Source of the DNA: Candidatus Iainarchaeum sp.
GTDB taxonomy: Archaea > Iainarchaeota > Iainarchaeia > Iainarchaeales > CSSED10-239
Assembly (NCBI GenBank): GCA_003559395.1
Contig: PWLL01000109.1
Location: 1 to 7,284, forward strand
DNA length: 7,284 nucleotides
Direction of reading: 5' to 3'
Shown piece by piece: positions 6,801-7,284 of this stretch; the first letter of the stretch is position 1; each line of letters opens with the position of its first letter. Both the position numbers and the translations under genes were made by a program. The notes under the pieces were generated by a model that saw nothing but the letters and a program-made list of their open reading frames with translations, had not been told where the DNA came from and searched no databases.

Positions 6801-7163
6801 GAAAACTCAAATGATTACAAATTAACATTAGATAGACAAATGCTAGAAAATAATCCAGACTCAAACTTTTATTGGATAGAAGGTAATTCTGCAGAAGAAG
6901 GTAGAGAAATAAGTTTTGGAGAAAATACAAGAAAAGTTGATCAAGATATAATATCTAAACTAAACAACTTAACAGATTTGTTTGATCTTATAAAAGAAGA
7001 AAATTTATGTGTTTTAAATACACATAACAGCACACAAATCTACTGGGTTGAAGAAAAATTAGACTATAGCCAAGAAGAAATAAATCTTATAGAACAAAAA
7101 GCAGAAGTAGATAATATAGACTACTGTCCAAAACCTGCAGATCAAGAAGAACAAAGAAACTAG
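870..7163 (+). CDS. Giant (2,097 aa) N-terminally anchored multi-domain surface protein; hypothetical, function unknown
   Basis: Uninterrupted 6,294-nt ORF in DNA where I estimate chance stops about every 12 codons. The start is well defined: TAA at 855-857 bounds the frame upstream, and ATG 870 is the only Met codon in the first 520 codons. It ends at TAG 7161-7163. The product has a Lys-rich N-terminus, one strong hydrophobic helix (aa 120-143) and an acidic region of about 1,950 aa. All 24 Cys and all 26 N-X-S/T sequons lie C-terminal of that helix. Several segments match the carboxypeptidase-regulatory-like beta-sandwich pattern. Confidence 0.93.
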   Translation: MQKIKKEILEKIYNLKKNKDSKSDINKYLEDNNLPKEATEEINKIDLKKNTKKKTLAKIQKNIQKNFKKTQDKKPILTYIKTFFIGIYFFFENIYYSLLEKINKIIPINKITDKIDDVVPSFVIFILVLALLVYLLLFANIFVSEYSFSVNVQDELGNTLPNANVSLYRNEELLIQKTTDAFGLTDFYNIRARTVTVEIEKEKYIPKTEEVRLSKDTSFLDFRLSIDGDFYLEEYNTPERIRTISFITTNDLVITEKLNTNFICSNPSVTPEPSSKQITNGRVVVTAPERCGALRYNVTSNNYEDKSNQIVPDNDKIFLTKLTSKENTHGELSFKVRDLKGEAITNTSLTIYQQSRPSIAFNNGITDIYGKHVFEIAEGDYLFSASKQDYISVQKTGPVSVYPKEVTKKEVLLLTAKEIDEFDCSDSLYSDFCIGNHIDCTNELLKPYLSFDNDSCQLGIYKYIDVSLRDQETHETVFADIKIYRKPEDSNIFQATGLEAIDVNRSVFDVIEGPQYQVRVMNTEEKGYLRPKPITIETLDTNITVDLEFSSELNSGDINVTVFNEHGYTVYGSSVYLYYGDGEHKDSLFNDTPKITPNNGLVNFSTIPSQNKYYAFAISSDGSLEGQSETYMIDANETTDFSVTLKDSPKVLNFKANTNDYDLMFFNSLGEPIFSYIETDTENTGEKRIVFTERQLDSVYAFVSSSAYAGYLTNEIRLSYNREANKTINLKTTTACPSADIEYLGLFNKNTNEKIDQIDFDENGLDNDKYVLRYVFHSCGDTDNEYAFVRTGNKTHSEDDALYIDSINHFPVLENLNTFGTRFAGELMEWDEVHFINNYELDHSQSSDVSKWVKIDFTDFSDFDASTYEFSVNINFNDIGSQDDYVSYYRAFSAKNENYAFDPYPSNFNPDTWTIERPDCFFYAPTEEKTIDFDTENIYDFSIYEKDSLRSVRKSGGSYVFFFSEDEPGEYVFDLNILYLMKDKVSTFYLGTEQTNGNLLYKNYNLFGFEDAEQTSRRDTGKRESASGFVFEDLKEEFTVEDLFAKFGKSYNIRSDFKVKDIFSTTTQPNMVYNFFEDGVKEINIRSYYDGEYQTIVETEGYNNQIYFGENKVTFRVLNNENEPVENVEIKRTSPSSTSPLCCTDKDGTCTKDITIDNHIIENFEQIEFSFTLTDVGAHNNKIGVVSKDLFSGFKILDSNKEEIDSENNLIYDVVLLHSGSYVVQSNLTEQEYYIQNLTSKKGLLEEIIFNSHSQLTQFLDIDEISRELESNEGNLKSFSNNDGLNLITAPIIFNLEQIPTSGFDSENNFRNVVKLELEEMQDVVLLLDADVIVNVLNLDIGTGANYTSHTYGVYETREKTIGVELIKNELEEIDIEYNLKNNSSEKIEIKKIVLEIDQPIINKEKIDISLAEDLFGQTLDVGEAIDFNIPIEAHSSGNTKVQIKIEFVFDPEGVAEEFSLPIVLDVDVYNKENLLNINVESFTENPINCNKGNCKLQGNYKITNNTKSHSFSLENISYDAEELNNLFEDVSFERNTIVDKNSSKQVSFTIDIDADKIDFGEIYENKDIDIEFLFNHSIKNIEDVSFKRSHNFTVFNYENIEDVPSIEGELCIGYGGQEIDGSFIVIGNCETEEEVCQTGESAVPKIVYDWADRDEIKDCVVDDLDTDANLYCDSTQMLINMFYEIADGFDDFYIDLMGDRVSNRMFEDFIDCMFSEDPICDVLPMLQATIKKLNQEFNDFIKDEEKTINLSRNNYEPGRYLVSFNDFNLDDDPDDLEITITLRKTMPTRESNLFYYLPINYLLLNYENRDYGFDIGGVFGELMLDPLNGDTHVINNQIDSSVDDESNVPVLNLEVFTNNLERAITRKNNILSITKNRGENQDIYNFSYVPTIPSIVYAKSSCVDTSDLEYVLVNPEEQVETINKDSFLTWTLNNEEIDDQKQIDKMGVYTNHVLKISSDSIQNKLLKTNVYLPKDFENSNDYKLTLDRQMLENNPDSNFYWIEGNSAEEGREISFGENTRKVDQDIISKLNNLTDLFDLIKEENLCVLNTHNSTQIYWVEEKLDYSQEEINLIEQKAEVDNIDYCPKPADQEEQRN
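1227..1298 (+). other. Predicted signal-anchor transmembrane helix of the giant protein (aa 120-143, PSFVIFILVLALLVYLLLFANIFV)
   Basis: 24 consecutive uncharged, mostly aliphatic or aromatic residues. They follow a strongly basic segment (positive-inside rule) and precede the Cys- and sequon-rich region. No signal-peptidase-like A-x-A site is evident and the helix is 120 aa from the N-terminus, so an uncleaved type II anchor is more likely than a signal peptide. Confidence 0.75.
1308..3065 (+). other. Array of about six tandem, highly diverged carboxypeptidase-regulatory-like (CarboxypepD_reg / Ig-like) beta-sandwich domains (aa 147-732)
   Basis: The family signature recurs every ~80-95 aa: [VI]x[VF]xVxD..G..[LI]..[AT].[VL].[LI]Y ... 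TD..G...F ... G.Y.[VF]......Y. Clearest cases: aa 147-216 (VNVQDELGNTLPNANVSLY..TTDAFGLTDF..VTVEIEKEKYIP) and aa 329-405 (FKVRDLKGEAITNTSLTIY..ITDIYGKHVFEIAEGDYLFSASKQDYIS). Weaker copies lie at aa 232-322, 462-548, 556-646 and 650-732. This is pattern recognition only; no HMM was run. Confidence 0.6.
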
Positions 7164-7170
7164 TGTTTTT
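7164..7170 (+). terminator. Possible oligo-T termination signal just after the giant ORF stop
   Basis: TGTTTTT (T5 at 7166-7170) directly follows TAG 7161-7163. Oligo-T tracts act as archaeal terminators. I found no convincing GC-rich hairpin, so this is not a classical bacterial intrinsic terminator. T-runs are common in this DNA. Confidence 0.2.
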
Positions 7171-7183
7171 CAGCAACAATCAT

Positions 7184-7191
7184 TTTATAAA
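7184..7191 (+). promoter_or_regulatory. TATA-box-like element (TTTATAAA), possible archaeal-type promoter for a downstream gene
   Basis: TTTATAAA at 7184-7191 ends 27 nt before ATG 7219. With a transcription start about 26 nt downstream of the box centre, the leader would be very short or absent. Such AT-rich octamers arise easily by chance here. Confidence 0.2.
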
Positions 7192-7218
7192 CACTTTTGC
7201 TACTAAATAATATTAAAT

Positions 7219-7284
7219 ATGAATCTTATAATCTTAAACTTTTTAAAAGATATGGACTTTGTCTTAAAGATTTTCTTTTTTTTA
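7219..7284 (+). CDS. Possible 5' end of a third gene, open to the window edge (MNLIILNFLKDMDFVLKIFFFL...)
   Basis: ATG 7219 opens 22 stop-free codons to the right edge. The peptide is hydrophobic and could be a signal or TM segment. It is too short to separate from chance. Confidence 0.2.
   Translation, partial: MNLIILNFLKDMDFVLKIFFFL

Noticed and set aside
6637-6930. 97-aa ORF on the minus strand (Leu/Tyr/Phe-rich)
   Set aside because: It is antisense to the giant ORF. The L/Y/F-rich low-complexity composition is what the reverse complement of E/K/N/I-rich coding gives. There is no start context.
7173-7200. Possible terminator hairpin GCAA...TTGC after the giant ORF
   Set aside because: Only 4 bp can pair around a ~20-nt loop, which is too weak for an intrinsic terminator. 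Only the oligo-T tract is kept, at low confidence.
1-7284. CTAG tetranucleotide frequency as a lineage marker
   Set aside because: I counted about 25 CTAG by eye, mostly from CTA-GAx (Leu-Glu/Asp) codon pairs. That is close to my rough compositional expectation of about 19, so CTAG is not depleted as it is in many bacteria. The estimate is crude and the signal does not discriminate lineages well enough to use.
1-7284. CRISPR arrays, tRNA or rRNA genes, IS elements, integrases, toxin-antitoxin pairs or defence-system genes
   Set aside because: There are no regularly spaced nucleotide repeats, no GC-rich structured segments and no terminal inverted repeats. Apart from the edges the window holds a single ORF. 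None of its motifs (no HExxH, nuclease, ATPase Walker A GxxxxGK[ST] or DDE patterns seen) suggests such functions.

Overview
AT-rich window (about 30% GC by eye, A-rich on the + strand), almost entirely coding on the + strand. Contents: (i) the 3' part of a gene that runs off the left edge, with its frame open from nt 3 to TAA 849-851. (ii) After an 18-nt spacer, one uninterrupted 6,294-nt ORF (870-7163, 2,097 aa). It encodes a giant, N-terminally membrane-anchored, acidic, multi-domain surface protein rich in Cys and N-X-S/T. (iii) A 121-nt AT-rich tail with a possible promoter and the first 22 codons of a possible third gene. I saw no rRNA, tRNA, CRISPR array, transposase or integrase, and no nucleotide-level tandem repeats. 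The candidate for novelty is the giant protein. I can tie only some of it to a fold family: six tandem carboxypeptidase-regulatory-like beta-sandwich domains near the membrane, plus a few later beta-sandwich modules. Three parts match nothing I recognise: a central sequon-free region of about 430 aa, a Cys/Met-rich helical-looking module, and the last ~350 aa. I found no catalytic motif. My working idea is a cell-surface adhesin or host-contact protein, co-transcribed with the upstream Cys-containing protein, in a small-genome low-GC organism such as a DPANN archaeon or CPR bacterium, or one of their viruses. Lineage and function cannot be settled from this window alone.
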